A stretch of 64,000 nucleotides of DNA from Selaginella moellendorffii (taxonomy: Eukaryota > Plantae > Lycopodiophyta): positions 1,052,702 through 1,116,701 of the forward strand of contig NW_003314301.1 of NCBI RefSeq assembly GCF_000143415.4, written 5' to 3'. The position numbers were made by a program, and so were the translations under genes. Shown piece after piece: positions 1-12,676 of the stretch. Below the pieces are notes generated by a model. That model ran no database searches, was not told the origin of the DNA, and saw only the letters and a list, made by a program, of their open reading frames with translations. The stretch's first letter is position 1. Each line of letters begins with the position of its first letter.

Positions 1-24
1 GCTTGAGGGAGAGGGAGAGGAAGG

Positions 25-1188
25 ATGAGGCGACGAAGCGTAGGCGCTGTGCTTCTTGTGACACTGGTGGTGGTGGCGCTGCTCTTCGAGAATGGAAAAG
101 CAAATCGGGAAGGTTATAAGCCTGGTTTCTTTCCTATTTTTTCTCAAGGGAAAATATTCAGGTGAAGCTTTAGCAGCTTTCAAAGAAGCGCTCGTCGACC
201 CAAACGGTGTGCTGGATAGTTGGGATCCATCTCTGGTGAATCCGTGTACATGGTTTCGAGTGACTTGCAACAGCGACGATTTCGTGATGCGAATGTGAGT
301 TCCAAGCTCATACATGACAAGAAGCTAACTATTATCTCCCTCATTTTGTTTTCCCGTTCCAGAGACTTGGAGAATGCATCGTTGCGAGGGAGACTAGTAC
401 CTCACCTTGCGAGCCTCCGTCATTTGCAATATCTGTAAGTACCTACATTAAAAAGAGGAAGGAGCGCACTGTAGAGAAATAGATAGAGAATAGAATAGAG
501 GGGCCAGTGGGGTCCTTGTCTTTGCAAAAAGAAGAGGAGGATTTGAACCTGCCACACAAGCTGCCACAGATTTTCAGTCTGTCTGCTTGGCCACTAGGAC
601 CTTGCTGCAACTCTTGTTACATACCAGTCTTCCTTTCGACTTGTAGAAGCTGACTTGTTTCACATCTACAGGGAACTTAACAATAATCTCTTAAGCGGTT
701 CTATCCCACGGGAACTTGGGGAGCTTAAGGAACTGATCAGCCTGGACTTGTACGACAACTATCTCACTGGAACCATTCCTGACACTTTGTCTGAGCTCAA
801 CTCTCTCAGATTCTTGTGAGTACACTCCCAGTATCTCTCTGTCTGACTCTCGAATTAAATTAAACACTGTGTGTCGAGTGCAGAAGATTAAATAGCAATT
901 TGCTTTCGGGATCTATTCCGGAATCACTCACCTGTTTGTCCAATCTCAAAGTAATGTAAGTGAAGAGTGTGCGTTTGATAGCAAAACTATGATTCTGATA
1001 TTCCAGAGACTTCTCGGATAACAATCTCAGCGGACGGGTTCCCAGTGATGGTTCATTCGCCCGCATGAGCTCCAAGAGGTGCGAAGATGTTCTTTTCATG
1101 CTTCAAAGTGAAGTTCGAAGTTTTATTTTCTTGCAGCTTTCAAAGAAACTCTGGTCTTTGCGGTCCCAGTGTTGGGAGAGAATGCTGA
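25..1188 (+). CDS. Secreted LRR-only protein resembling the SERK ectodomain (LRR1/LRP-type), about 7 exons, no TM or kinase domain
   Basis: Signal peptide [20 protein letters not shown]; LRRNT motif [24 protein letters not shown]; 72/144-nt LRR exons ([36 protein letters not shown]); ends [16 protein letters not shown]-stop; GT-AG introns. Confidence 0.88.
449..619 (-). mobile_element. tRNA-derived SINE-like insertion in LRR intron 3
   Basis: Minus strand reads GTCCTAGTGG (A-box-like)...ACAGA-CTGAAAA-TCTGT (anticodon-like arm)...GGTTCAAATCC (B-box), then TTTTT and a (CTATT)n-like tail; this intron is about 237 nt versus about 67 nt in the paralog. Confidence 0.6.
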
Positions 1189-1392
1189 TTTCTATAATTC
1201 TCACACAGGTATATATAGCAGTATACATGTTAAGATTACGTATTATGAATGGATTGAACTTGTTGAAAAATCCCTGTGCCTTCGTTTTCGTGATTCAAGC
1301 ATTAGTGCGGGTCATAATTCAAAATATCTAGCAAGTAAGTAGCTTCATGTTTCTGTGGTTTGTGACTTACATCTGTGTTTTCATGTACAGAA

Positions 1393-3096
1393 ATGGAAAA
1401 TCATAGCTTACCGACTAGAGCAGTCGTCTTCTCTGCAAATTCGGGAGCAAACCAGAGGCTCATGTCGAAGCGCAAAAAGAACCCCCTGGATCACCTGGAG
1501 GTTGCACTGATTGGAGCAGGCAGTGGAACATATGCCCAGCTTTTGGACGAGTGCGGCCGAGCAAAGTCGGTGCTTCACGGCAAGTTTGTCCACCAGCACA
1601 TTATCGACAACGGGTACGAGCAGGACACATTCGTGGCTAATCTGGTAATGCAGATGTACATCAAGTGTGGCTGCTTGGAGGAGGCACGCCTGGTTTTTAG
1701 CAGGATGGTAAAACCGAGCCTCGTCTCATGGACCACTATGCTTTCGGCATATGCCCAGAACGGATATCCGTCGGAGGCACTGAAGCTCGTAAATTACATG
1801 GAGCTCAACGGACTGAAGCCAGACAAGGTGACCCTCTTGTGCATACTGGGAGCTTGTTCTTACATCGGAGAGATCTCACGTGCCAGGGAAGTGCATCAGC
1901 GAGTAGCTGCCTGTGGATTCGACAGCGAAACTCCTATCGGGAATTCGCTGGTCCACATGTATACGAGATGCGGTAGTCTGCAAGATGCAAGGCTCGTCTT
2001 CGAAGGCATGACCAGGAGGAACGTCGTGTCGTGGAACTCAATGGTGGCTGCGTGTGCACAACTAGGCGGTGCTAAGGATGCTCTCGAAGTGTTTGCGCGA
2101 ATGCTGGAGGAGAATGTGCAACCAGACAAGGTGACTTTCATGAATTTGCTTCAAGCCTTTTCTACTGACGAGGATCTGGCAGCCGCTCGAGATATCCATT
2201 CGAAGATTGTGGAGCATGGATTCGAGTCGGACGTGGCCGTGGGAACCGCGGTAATGAGCATGTACGGGAAGTGTAAAAGTTTGGAAGACGCCCGGCTGGT
2301 GTTCGAGAGACTACACGGGAAGAACTTGGTTACGTGGAACACCATGATCTCAGTATACGCTCACGGTGATCGTCCAGAGGAGGCACTCTCAATCTACAAT
2401 GCAATGGGGGAGCAGTACATACAACCGGATCATATCACTTTCACCAGCGTTCTCGCGGCCTGTGCATCGATTGGTGTTCTACAAAACGGGAAAAGGATTC
2501 ACGGTCACGTCAAGGTGTTTCGGATGGAGGACCACGCTTCTGTGGCAACTGGCCTGGTGAAAATGTACAGCCAGTGCGGAAGTGTGGGAGATGCAAGAGA
2601 AGTATTCGAGACAATGAACAGGGACTTGGTGGCATGGAACACGATGATAGCAGGATACGCACAGCACGGCTACACAGAGCAGGCAGTCGAGCTCTTCCAC
2701 AAAATGGACGTGATTCCAGACGAAGTTACGTTCGTTAGTCTGCTGGACGCTTGCGGCCACAGTGGCCTCGTGACAGATTCGTGGTACTACTTCCGTTCCA
2801 TGCTCCAGCTGGGAGTATCTCCAACGATACAGCACTTTGGCTGTATGGTCTCGCTTTTGGGAAAAGTGGGGAAGCTGGACCAAGCCGAAAAGCTTATACT
2901 GAGCATGAAGGCCTTTCGAGTAGAAGCAAATGCCGTGGTGTGGAAAATGTTTCTGGATGCGTGCAAGACGCACGGAAACATGGAGAAAGGAGCTCGAGCT
3001 GCTGCTGAGGTTCTACGCCTGGAGTCAGGGGATTCTTTCCCTTACGTCGTCCTTGCGAACATATGCTCGACAACTGAAGAACCAGAACCACAGTAA
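1393..3096 (+). CDS. PLS-class pentatricopeptide repeat protein with truncated E domain, no DYW
   Basis: Intronless ORF with repeated VSWNSM/MYGKCxSLEDARxVF motifs, HFGCMVSLLGKVG, VWKMFLDACKTHG and YVVLANI. Confidence 0.93.
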   Translation: MENHSLPTRAVVFSANSGANQRLMSKRKKNPLDHLEVALIGAGSGTYAQLLDECGRAKSVLHGKFVHQHIIDNGYEQDTFVANLVMQMYIKCGCLEEARLVFSRMVKPSLVSWTTMLSAYAQNGYPSEALKLVNYMELNGLKPDKVTLLCILGACSYIGEISRAREVHQRVAACGFDSETPIGNSLVHMYTRCGSLQDARLVFEGMTRRNVVSWNSMVAACAQLGGAKDALEVFARMLEENVQPDKVTFMNLLQAFSTDEDLAAARDIHSKIVEHGFESDVAVGTAVMSMYGKCKSLEDARLVFERLHGKNLVTWNTMISVYAHGDRPEEALSIYNAMGEQYIQPDHITFTSVLAACASIGVLQNGKRIHGHVKVFRMEDHASVATGLVKMYSQCGSVGDAREVFETMNRDLVAWNTMIAGYAQHGYTEQAVELFHKMDVIPDEVTFVSLLDACGHSGLVTDSWYYFRSMLQLGVSPTIQHFGCMVSLLGKVGKLDQAEKLILSMKAFRVEANAVVWKMFLDACKTHGNMEKGARAAAEVLRLESGDSFPYVVLANICSTTEEPEPQ

Positions 3097-4142
3097 GCAC
3101 GCAAGCACCGTTCTTTCTGATCCAGTTAATCCACGCAGGAACCTGCTGCTCGTGAACACTGTCATCAGTACGGATGAGGCACACGAATTTGTTTCCAGTT
3201 CTGGAAAGCTTCCTAAAGGGCACAGTACACCATCTTTCTTGGTAACTGATCTCGCTTAAAGTATTATTGCGAACCAAACTTTCGAGACCATTCTTCTGAC
3301 CCACCGAGAAAATTTTCGTGTCGAGCAGAGTACGTTGTGCTTTTTATTTTCTAGTGCTCATGCATTTCTTGTGTTCAGGGACGGGCGTGCAGCGTACTGG
3401 TATTTGACACGAGATTCTTTTTGACCTGCATCAGAAAATCTGATTTACTGGTAAATATCACATTTTAATTGTTTGCTTTTCGTTGTTTCTAAGACATTAG
3501 CCTGCAGACACTTTCTTTACGAGTCTCAAAGAATGAAGTGGAACGACGAAACTCCAAATTATTGTTATAGTGCGCTCTGGGTGGAGACTGTTGGACTGCT
3601 TCTAAATCTCCGTCTTTTCCAAGACTGGTACGGACAATACAGAGAAAATTTTGATTTTTGAGAGACTTTTCATCAGGTGTTTAATGCCGTTTATACTAGA
3701 ATCAAGTGTTTTTTCCTGCTGGCTTGTGTGTAAGTGCTGAGCTCAGATAAGTACCATTTTTTCCGGGCTGCAAACGTTTAGCAGGGATGCAGAAGAGAGC
3801 CCAAGGTCTGATTCCAGTCCTTGTCGTCTGTCTGTGGCTACGACGCTAAACGTTCGTTTTTGAATTCTTTACAGGTCCCAAAGCGAAGGAATTTTGAACG
3901 GTGACTTTGGATTGCATGATCATTGTTGGAGGAAACTTCCAGAACGGAGTCCGAGGATTACAACTCATGGCATCCCCGGAAGATCATTCCCTCTACAACT
4001 CTCTGGAAAATCATAATTCTGTGGACGTGAACTATGGTCTCTGTTTTGCTGAGAGCGGTATGCATAAGTCTGCTGCTACGCCTTTGTCATTACCAAGACT
4101 GACTTTTCGTGGTGATTGATTGATGCAGTTTGGACTTGAGGT

Positions 4143-5150
4143 TCAAGTACAGGGTCTTTTGACTGCGTGTCCACAAAGTCCTGGATTGCCTTCAAAGCTG
4201 CAACACGCAGTTAATGTGACAATTAAGCTCCCAGACGACTCGAAAACTACATCTACCTTACCTCTTTTGGCCAAATTTCTGAAACGAGCCTCCCCGAGGA
4301 ACAGTTCCTGTGAAGCTGTTATGAGAGAGATCGCTGCAGAACAAAAAAACATACAGGGAAGAAATGTAAGTTCTTTTGGAGCTTTCCGCCGGCAGAACTG
4401 TTCAAACTATAGCTTACAGGACTTTCAGGTTCGGCAACGTCGTAAGCTCTTGTGGGATTTGACCGGATAATTGGTTGTCGTTGAGCCGGCTGTAGTGAGA
4501 ATTATCGTAAGAGGAACGACGTGTCGACAAATCACTCACAGGAAAACAAGACTTCGCATGTTACCGATCGATTTCGGGATTGATCCGGACAGGTGGTTGT
4601 ATTGCAAGTCGAGGCTGACCAGGGACTTCAAGTTTCCAAACTCCGGAGGGATGGATCCAGTAAGGCTGTTGTTGAAAAGCTCCCTGCTCATCGACCAATC
4701 GATCCACAAGAAAGGTAAGCTACATAAACTTTCCATAAAGTGCGACACTTACAAATGCTCCAAGTTTTTCAGATTGGCGAGCTCGGGAACCAGCTTCCCG
4801 GACAGATCTCCTCGTGCCAAGTCCCTGCAAGGAAGAACACGATCCGATCATCAAAACGTCCAGGTTGCTTTCCAATCTTCTCTCCCTGCTTACACTCTAG
4901 TGACAAGGTCGTCTTGGTTGCAGGTAACATAGAGCCAGGTGCAAGGATTGATCAATGTCGGATCCCAGGTCTCGAGCATCCCAGTGGGATCGCTCACCGC
5001 CTGCTTGAACGCGTTGAGCGAGTCTCCTGCCAAGAAGAACAAACAATGCCCGGTAAGAGACGCCAAGAGAGAAGCTCTCTTCTCCTCCTCCTTACCTTCC
5101 AAACTGGCCAGGACGAGATCGAACAGGAGAAACAAGCCCAGGAGCTTCAT
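4143..5150 (-). CDS. Second SERK-like LRR-only secreted protein (paralog of 25..1188)
   Basis: [17 protein letters not shown]; [24 protein letters not shown]; [36 protein letters not shown]; ends [18 protein letters not shown]-stop; same exon layout as the paralog. Confidence 0.88.
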
Positions 5151-5472
5151 CCTCTCCTCTCCGAGCTCCAAATCTTGGCTCCAAACTCTTTCCTCTCTCC
5201 TTTTGGCCAGTCCACAAACGTTTAAAACTATATGGACCGGGTACGTGCGATCGAGAGCCTTGTTTACAGGAATGTGGCCTTTCAGTGGATCACAGCACTA
5301 CTAGTCTTCGGTCAGAGTTGACTGAGTTAGTCAACCAAGTCCAGTGTTCGAATCGCTGGTCTTTATCTTATTTAGCGCGATTTTCATACAAGACGACAAA
5401 AGAATCTATAAAGTAGATTTTAAACTTTCTAGGGATGCCCCATAGCGAATATCTTTGCATAGTTCTTGGCCA

Positions 5473-6865
5473 ATGGCTATGGTTATAGTGTCTGTTATCG
5501 CAGCTTTGATTTCTCTCGAATTCACGGACGCTGGATCATCATCGTCCTGGGAACTGGGAGGATTCACGGAAAAAATCCCTGCCATCTTCCAGTTTGGGGA
5601 TTCCCTCTCCGATACTGGAAACTCTCTCATCGCCTTTCCACAAGCTTACAAGCGTCTCAACACATCGCCCTATGGCGAGACCTTCTTCCATGGTCCCTCG
5701 GGGAGGGAGTGTGATGGACGCCTCATTGTCGATTTCTTGGGTGAGAATGGTGGCCTCTTTCTCTCTTTTGGATCATCTCTTCTTGTTCTTTGTGTGTGAT
5801 TAAGCTTCCAGCTATGGATTGCCGCTGCTGGAACCCTACTTGCGTCGATTCAAGGGGCAGGATTGGCGACATGGCGTGAGCTTCGCGGCATGCGGCGCCT
5901 CCGCGCTAGGCCGCTCCTTCTTCCACGATCACAACATCTCGATCGGGGCGACATTCCAGCTCGATATCCAGCTCCAGTGGTTCCGGGAATTCAAGACTGT
6001 CTCGGCGATGCGCTCCTCGAAACGAGGTAACCGTCGATTAGATCAGAGGATACGATCAAGAATTTCGTGAGATAATTGCAATCCAGGTCGAAGAACGCAC
6101 CCCTCTGCGGATGATTTCTCCCAGGCGCTCTACATCGTCGGCGAGATTGGTGGTAACGACTATGGAGACATGATGAGCACTATGGATTACTCTCAAATGC
6201 TCCAATTCGTACCGATGGTCGTCCAAACCATCCGGGATTTCATCCAGGCAAGGATGAACTTTCCCAATCCGTTCGTTTCTTTGTTTGATCAATGTCACAG
6301 GATCTCTACAATTTGGGGGCGCGCAAGTTCCTGGTGATCAACATTCCACGCCAGGGATGCAATCCCTCCGTCATCCTCTCGCGCCGCCCAAGCGATCGAC
6401 TGGACGATTTTGGCTGCGTCGCGGATTTTAATGCGCTCAATTCTCGTCACAATTCACTGCTCCGGATCGCAGTGGACAATCTCCGGGAACGCCTTGCCGG
6501 AGCATCGATCGCGCTCGCGGATTTCTATGGCCTAACTGGAGACGTCCTGCGAAATCCCCAAGAATATGGTAAAAAGCAACTCTTTTTTACTGCACCATGA
6601 AGGTAAAAATTGGTCTCGCGCAGGGTTTACTGAGACGAGTAAACCGTGCTGTGGCTCGCCATGGCAAAACTGGATCGTCGATTGCGTGGACGGACTGATG
6701 ATCAACGGTGCGCTGACCATGGGTCAGACATGTGCTGACCCGTCAACGCATCTGTATTGGAATGGATTGCACTTCACGGAACACCTCTACCAGGTTGCGG
6801 CCAACGCATTTCTCAAGGGACAGTACATAAGTGTATCCAAAATAGGGGATAATGTTAAATTGTGA
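5473..6865 (+). CDS. GDSL esterase/lipase (copy 1), 5-6 exons
   Basis: FGDSLSDTGN, PYGETFF, GRECDGRLIVDF, GVSFAACGA, GEIGGND, LYNLGARKF, CCG, YWNGLHFTE. Confidence 0.92.
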
Positions 6866-8440
6866 TGAAAGATATTTTTTAAATCAATTTGATAAAGGCT
6901 TGCCATCTACCGCTCCTGAGGTAAAAATCAAACATTTCAATCAACAAATTCAGTTCTATATGAGACTTTTGAGATGGCAATAAAGCTAGGAGGGGAGAGA
7001 TAGGTGTCATCTATCTATCTATCTATTTATATGTTGTTTACAGTCTTGTAGTGCTCATAGAGAAGCATAAGACTTTATGAATGCAATGCAATTGAAAAAC
7101 TTTAAAATTGGTGGTGGATGTTTTCTGGATTAAATAATCATTCATGTTTACATCCCTAATAACCATAAAAACGACCAGATTCAAGTATGCCATCTATTAT
7201 TCTATCTTTAAGATCGTCATAGGCTTTACTAAGATATTTAAACCAGGGATCCTAGAACCTGTTATTTCTAATTCATGGACAATAGTTTTAAAATCTTTTG
7301 GCCTTACTTCATGCTGGGTGCCATGAGACCTTGTAAACAGTATATGAATGAATGATTCAATTCCAAAACAATGTTTAAATACAAGATTAGTAAGAAATAA
7401 TCAATTCACGTTTTATTATGATTATTAAACTTTGATCTGATGTGTCAGCCATTGAGTGGCTGCCTAAATCCTAGTTGCCACCGCTCCATTCAACTTTGTA
7501 AATATATGACATCATCCCAAGTCAATCATCTAGATAATAAACATGGCTTGTTAGGGCAGTGGTCTTCTAATAACAAGCTAAACAGATTTAACTAGTGAGA
7601 ATGATTTGCACCTTGGGTGAGAAAGTTGATTGGTGGAGTTCCTTGTAAAGAGAATTCAATGAGCAATATTGTCAGACTAAGGCCTTGAAGAAAGCAATAT
7701 GACCACAAAGAGTAACGAGAATTGTTTAATTAAAATTCTACAGTGTTACATAAACATGGATATTGATGTGATCAAACGTCTAGGAGTCTCAGTTCCTAGT
7801 GCAGAGCTGGATTTAGATCCATGAATAGGTTCTTGTTTGGTACTGACAAAACATTTTATGGTTTTTCTTTAAATGATACCATCCTTAGATGGAGTTTTTT
7901 GCCATGAGTAAAAAGAGAACTTCCAAAGGTGGAGATTGGTCCTCAAGCATTTTAATGTTCCCCTGGAAAGTTAGTGGATTTCTTCTGTTGTATGTTTGGT
8001 AAGATCTGGACCTTATGAACTTGCATCTTGGCACTCACATTGTTTCATGCTTCTTATTGGGCTTCCTCGTATTACCCATGCTAGGTAATATCTGGTCTAT
8101 GGAGATTACAGCATGGAGCAGCAAATAGATCCTGATTCCTGCATACGACATGAAAGTACAGCACAACAATGTCAAATAGCTCGTTGTAAACATGTACGAT
8201 GTGTAGGACTCGCGTACTGGACCTTATCCTAGCCAATGAGAGCTTGACCAGTAGATAGAGAAAAAGCTAAAGTTCACAATGTACTAAATGGTAAAAATAT
8301 TTTAGAGTAATATGCATCTTAAACAAATTCAGTTTGGATAAATTCTAACCTATGGCCATTGTTGGCTGTTTTAAAGAAGCAAGAGCCTAAAGATTGGTCC
8401 TCATTCCTTCCAAAGATATATTCCTTCCAGTCTGACGCCA

Positions 8441-9921
8441 ATGCGATCAATGAGATCAATGGTAGCAGCAGCTTTCTTTCTCGTTTTCTTTCTCAAATTT
8501 GCAGCAGCTGGAGCCGCGCGCTCTCCCTGGGCGCTGGGAGGCATCAAACAAGTCCCAACGATCTTCCAGTTTGGAGATTCCCTCTCCGACGCTGGCAACT
8601 CCCTCATCGCATTCCCACATACTTACAAGCGCCTCAACACGTCGCCCTATGGCGAGACCTTCTTCCATCATCCCGCGGGGAGAGAGAGTGACGGGCGCCT
8701 CATTGTCGATTTCTTGGGTGAGAGCTCGAATCTATTTTATCCTGGGAAACAGTGTCTCGATTTTCTTTGCCGCGATCTTTGTCTGATTCTTTGATTCTTG
8801 GGTTATAGCTGAAGGCTATGGATTGCCGCTGCTGGATCCATACTTGCTGCTGTCCAAGGGGAGGAATTGGCGCCATGGCGTGAATTTTGCGGCGGGAGGA
8901 GCCTCGGCGCTACCCCTTCGATTCTATGACCAACACAACATATCGCTCGCGGGATCACGGCACACATTCCCGCTCGATATCCAGCTCCGGTGGTTCCAGG
9001 ATTTCAAGAATGTGTCAATGCTGCGCTCCAACCAAGGTACTCGATCCATCAATCCATTTCGCAAGCGAGAAATTTCACTCTTTTCACTCCAGGGGGAAGA
9101 ACACACCCTTCTCTGCATGATTTCTCCCAGGCCCTGTACATCGTGGGCGAGATCGGTGGAAACGACTATGGATTCATGAAGAAGAGTGGCCTGGATTACC
9201 CCCAAATGATGGAATTCGTCCCGTTCGTCGTACAGGCCATCCGGGATCTCATCCAGGCAAGGATGAACTTTCCCAATTCTCTGCTTTTGTCAGTTTACTC
9301 TCGCGCATTGATGGATCTCTCGATCTCACACTAAATCTCTCCACATGGTGGGCAGAATCTCTACAACTTGGGCGCGCGCAAGTTCCTGGTGACCAACATC
9401 CCGCGCCAGGGATGCAATCCCAGCTTCCTCGTCTCCCGCCGTCCCAGCGATCGCTTGGACGAGCTCGGCTGCATCGCGGATTTCAACGCGCTCAATGCCC
9501 ACCACAATTCGCTACTTCGAGAGGCAGTGGACGATCTCCGCGTCAGCCTAGCCGGAGCGTCGATCGCGCACGCGGATTTCTACAGCGCGATTGAACCGAT
9601 CTTGCGAAATCCTCAATCATACGGTAAACTTCCACTCTGTTTCTACCTTTTTCACCTGGCTAAACCGAGAGTTTACACGCAGGATTTACGGAGCCTCGTA
9701 CGGTATGCTGTGGTACGCCCTGGCTAACGCAGGTCGTTGATTGCGTGGACGGTGGGATGATCAACGGCATCCTGACGAAGGGCCAGACGTGCGCCGACCC
9801 GTCAGTTCACATATACTGGAATGGAGTTCACTTCACGGAACACTTATATCATATTGTCGCAAACGCCTTTCTCACGGGACAATATGTTGATTTAGTCGCA
9901 AACCAAAAGCTTGACCAGTAG
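8441..9921 (+). CDS. GDSL esterase/lipase (copy 2)
   Basis: FGDSLSDAGN, GVNFAAGGA, GEIGGND, YWNGVHFTE; close nucleotide similarity to copy 1. Confidence 0.92.
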
Positions 9922-10059
9922 ATAGATAGATACAAAGCCAAGAGATTAAAGAAACTTGCGGGATCTATACTGCTGGGAAGTTCTTTTGAAAACCAAACAT
10001 GTCATTGGACTCACGGAAGTGAAGATCTGGAGAATATATGACACACAGGACTATAGGCA

Positions 10060-12180
10060 TTATGCTAAAACTCATTTTAAAAAATAGAATAGTGGAAAAA
10101 TAAATATTAAAACTATTTTAAGAATACAATGTAGAATCTGCTAAAATTTGAAAGTATATACATTACTATCAAAATCTGCTCCATCTTTTATAAATAATTG
10201 TCTCATTATTATCAATTTCAACTATTAAAAATTATAAAAAGCTTCAGACCAATGGGAATATGCTAATGAATTTTTATTATTATTTTGAGCTGAATAATTA
10301 AATATATTAATTTAAAAGGTTAAGAAGTATTATTATATATAAATAGATAGCTTTAAATAGTTGTGTCTACAAGATAGATAATTATAGTGTAATACAGACA
10401 TTACAAGTATTAATACTATAATAGTGCATTTATTTTTAGTTTGCTTGAGCAGGATTGAGATGGTAGTGGATATACCTAAAATATGCTTGGATATTCTAGG
10501 ATATTCTACCATCTAAAGGTTGTTATTCATTTCGATTAATCTTGTATTTATAATTTATAAACATGTTTATAATTTATAAATTTTCTTAAACCCTTTATTC
10601 TACCATTTAATGATTGATATATAATAAGATTAATCTTATGTTTATAAATTACAAACATCATTATAATTAGAAACTTTATTTGATCAATTGGAATAACACT
10701 ACTATTAAGCAAACCAAGCATTGCTACATACAACACATAGCAAAGTATTTAATAACTTTTTATATTTCATTAATGTGAAATTTAAAAACATTGGAGAAAC
10801 ATAATTTCTGTAAAATTATTTCTATTTTTAGTAAAATAAAAATGTATATATATTCAAATTAAATAATTATCTATTTAGATACATATAAAGCTACTAGAGT
10901 TAATATTTTAACAACTATACATACTAATAAAAAATAACAAAAAACTTTTAATTATTAGTAAGAAAATATTTATTTACCTTTTATGTGTATACAATATTAT
11001 AATTATTATTTAGGATTAATATATAGCTTTTTATTGTAATAATTACTTCACATATAAACTTGTAATTTTTGCATAATGTTTTACATATATATTAATTTCT
11101 TATATTTTCAAAATATCAATAATATAGAACTCATTAATTAAAATATATTTTTTATTATTTATTTTTAAAAGTAGATAAAAATTTTATTAAAATTATTGCA
11201 TGAAAATTTTACATGATTTTAGTTCACTTTCCAGTGATATTTATTTTTGTTTAAAAGGTTTATCTTTTTTCACAATGATATTTAATATATTAATCTAAAT
11301 ATTATTAAAGTTTATATATTACAAGTGGTTAATTTCATTATCTTAGTATTTAATGCTAAATTTTTACCTCATTTGTGTTATTATTTTAATTTTATTTTTC
11401 TAAATTTAGAAAAAAAATTTAAAAAAATTCAATTCAATGTTCTTTTAAAATCACACATTTTTTAATAGATGGGTCAAATGTACAACTATATAATTACATT
11501 GTTAACTTTGTAAAAAATCCTTCCATGTTATAAATGTTATTTGTATTAACATTCACGTATAAATCAAGAATTTTTTTTTCAAATATAAAGTTTATACTTT
11601 TTCAATTAAGGAAGATTTCTCAATAATTACATAATTTTTATTTATATTTTTTTTTTTTTTTGCATTATATAACAATTGGATAGTTGTATGCAAGTGATTA
11701 AAATTTTAAAATTTTATTAAAATCAACAAAGTTTTGGCAAAAAAATTTAAATTCTACAACTATTTTATTCTGAAAATAGATGTGAATATAATAAATTAGT
11801 TCATAAATAAATTTATATAAAAAATTCTTACATAGTTTTAAGTTATTTTTTAATCACTTTGATGTAGTTTCAGTCTAGCCTAATGATCACAAACAAACCT
11901 TCCTAGTTAACTCTCCTTTTTTTTTGTTAAAAATTCTTTAACTTTTTTTTATAACTAACTATGGGTTTAATGGTTTGGCAATGGAGAATGATAGTCATGC
12001 TAAACGTTATATGACAAATTGACATTTATCCCTCTCTAGAAATTGTAAATGGGTGACCTTGAGTATGAAGTTGAGACAATTCTCTTGTTAGCTTATATCC
12101 AAAAAAAAATTTGAAAAAGAATCTCCAAAAAGCTTTCACTGCCAAAAAGAATATACTGGACTGATCAGTCTAATTAAAGC
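10060..12180. other. Very AT-rich non-coding island, possibly decayed transposon DNA
   Basis: Abrupt switch to long A/T runs with no credible ORF; no TIR or LTR identified. Confidence 0.5.
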
Positions 12181-12192
12181 TTGTTCAATTTT

Positions 12193-12587
12193 CTGTTGGC
12201 TGTTTTAACAAAGCCACTAGTCACAGAATATTCATTGCTCACACTGTCCCTGGCTCCCATTGCATTCCCACATACTTACAAGCGCCTCTATGGCGAGACC
12301 TTCTTCCATCATCCCACAGGGAGAGACAGGACGCCATGATCTTTGTGTCTCATTCTTCTGTGATTCTACATAGCGGAGGGCTATGGATTGCCGCTGCTAG
12401 ATCCATTCTTACGTTACCCTGTGGCGAACACAGGTCGTTGATTGCGTGGACGGTGATGATCAACGGCATCATGACGAAGGGCCACTGGAATGGAGTCCAC
12501 TTCACGGAACACTTCTATCATATTGTCGCAAACGTCTTTCTCACGGGACAATATGTTGATCTAGTCGCAGACCCAGTAGGTAGATAG
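12193..12587 (+). pseudogene. Heavily deleted GDSL lipase relic derived from copy 2
   Basis: Colinear pieces nearly identical to about 8359-8375, 8600-8700, 8775-8845 and 9730-9925, joined by large deletions; GDSL serine motif absent. Confidence 0.88.
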
Positions 12588-12676
12588 AAATCAGCCACCT
12601 TTCAATACAAAGCCATGGACTTTGCTAAATCCTACGGTCACAATTCAAATGGTTTTAGGGCTTATGGTGGTCTAGA

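Noticed and set aside
531-606. Functional tRNA-Phe(GAA) on the minus strand
   Set aside because: Acceptor stem does not pair, T-stem is imperfect and the long variable arm does not fit Phe; treated as a tRNA-derived element
7600-8100. Possible Ty3/gypsy integrase C-terminal remnant (GPYEL, LFHAS-like words)
   Set aside because: Too degenerate, many stops, no LTR or PBS found; cannot be supported by eye
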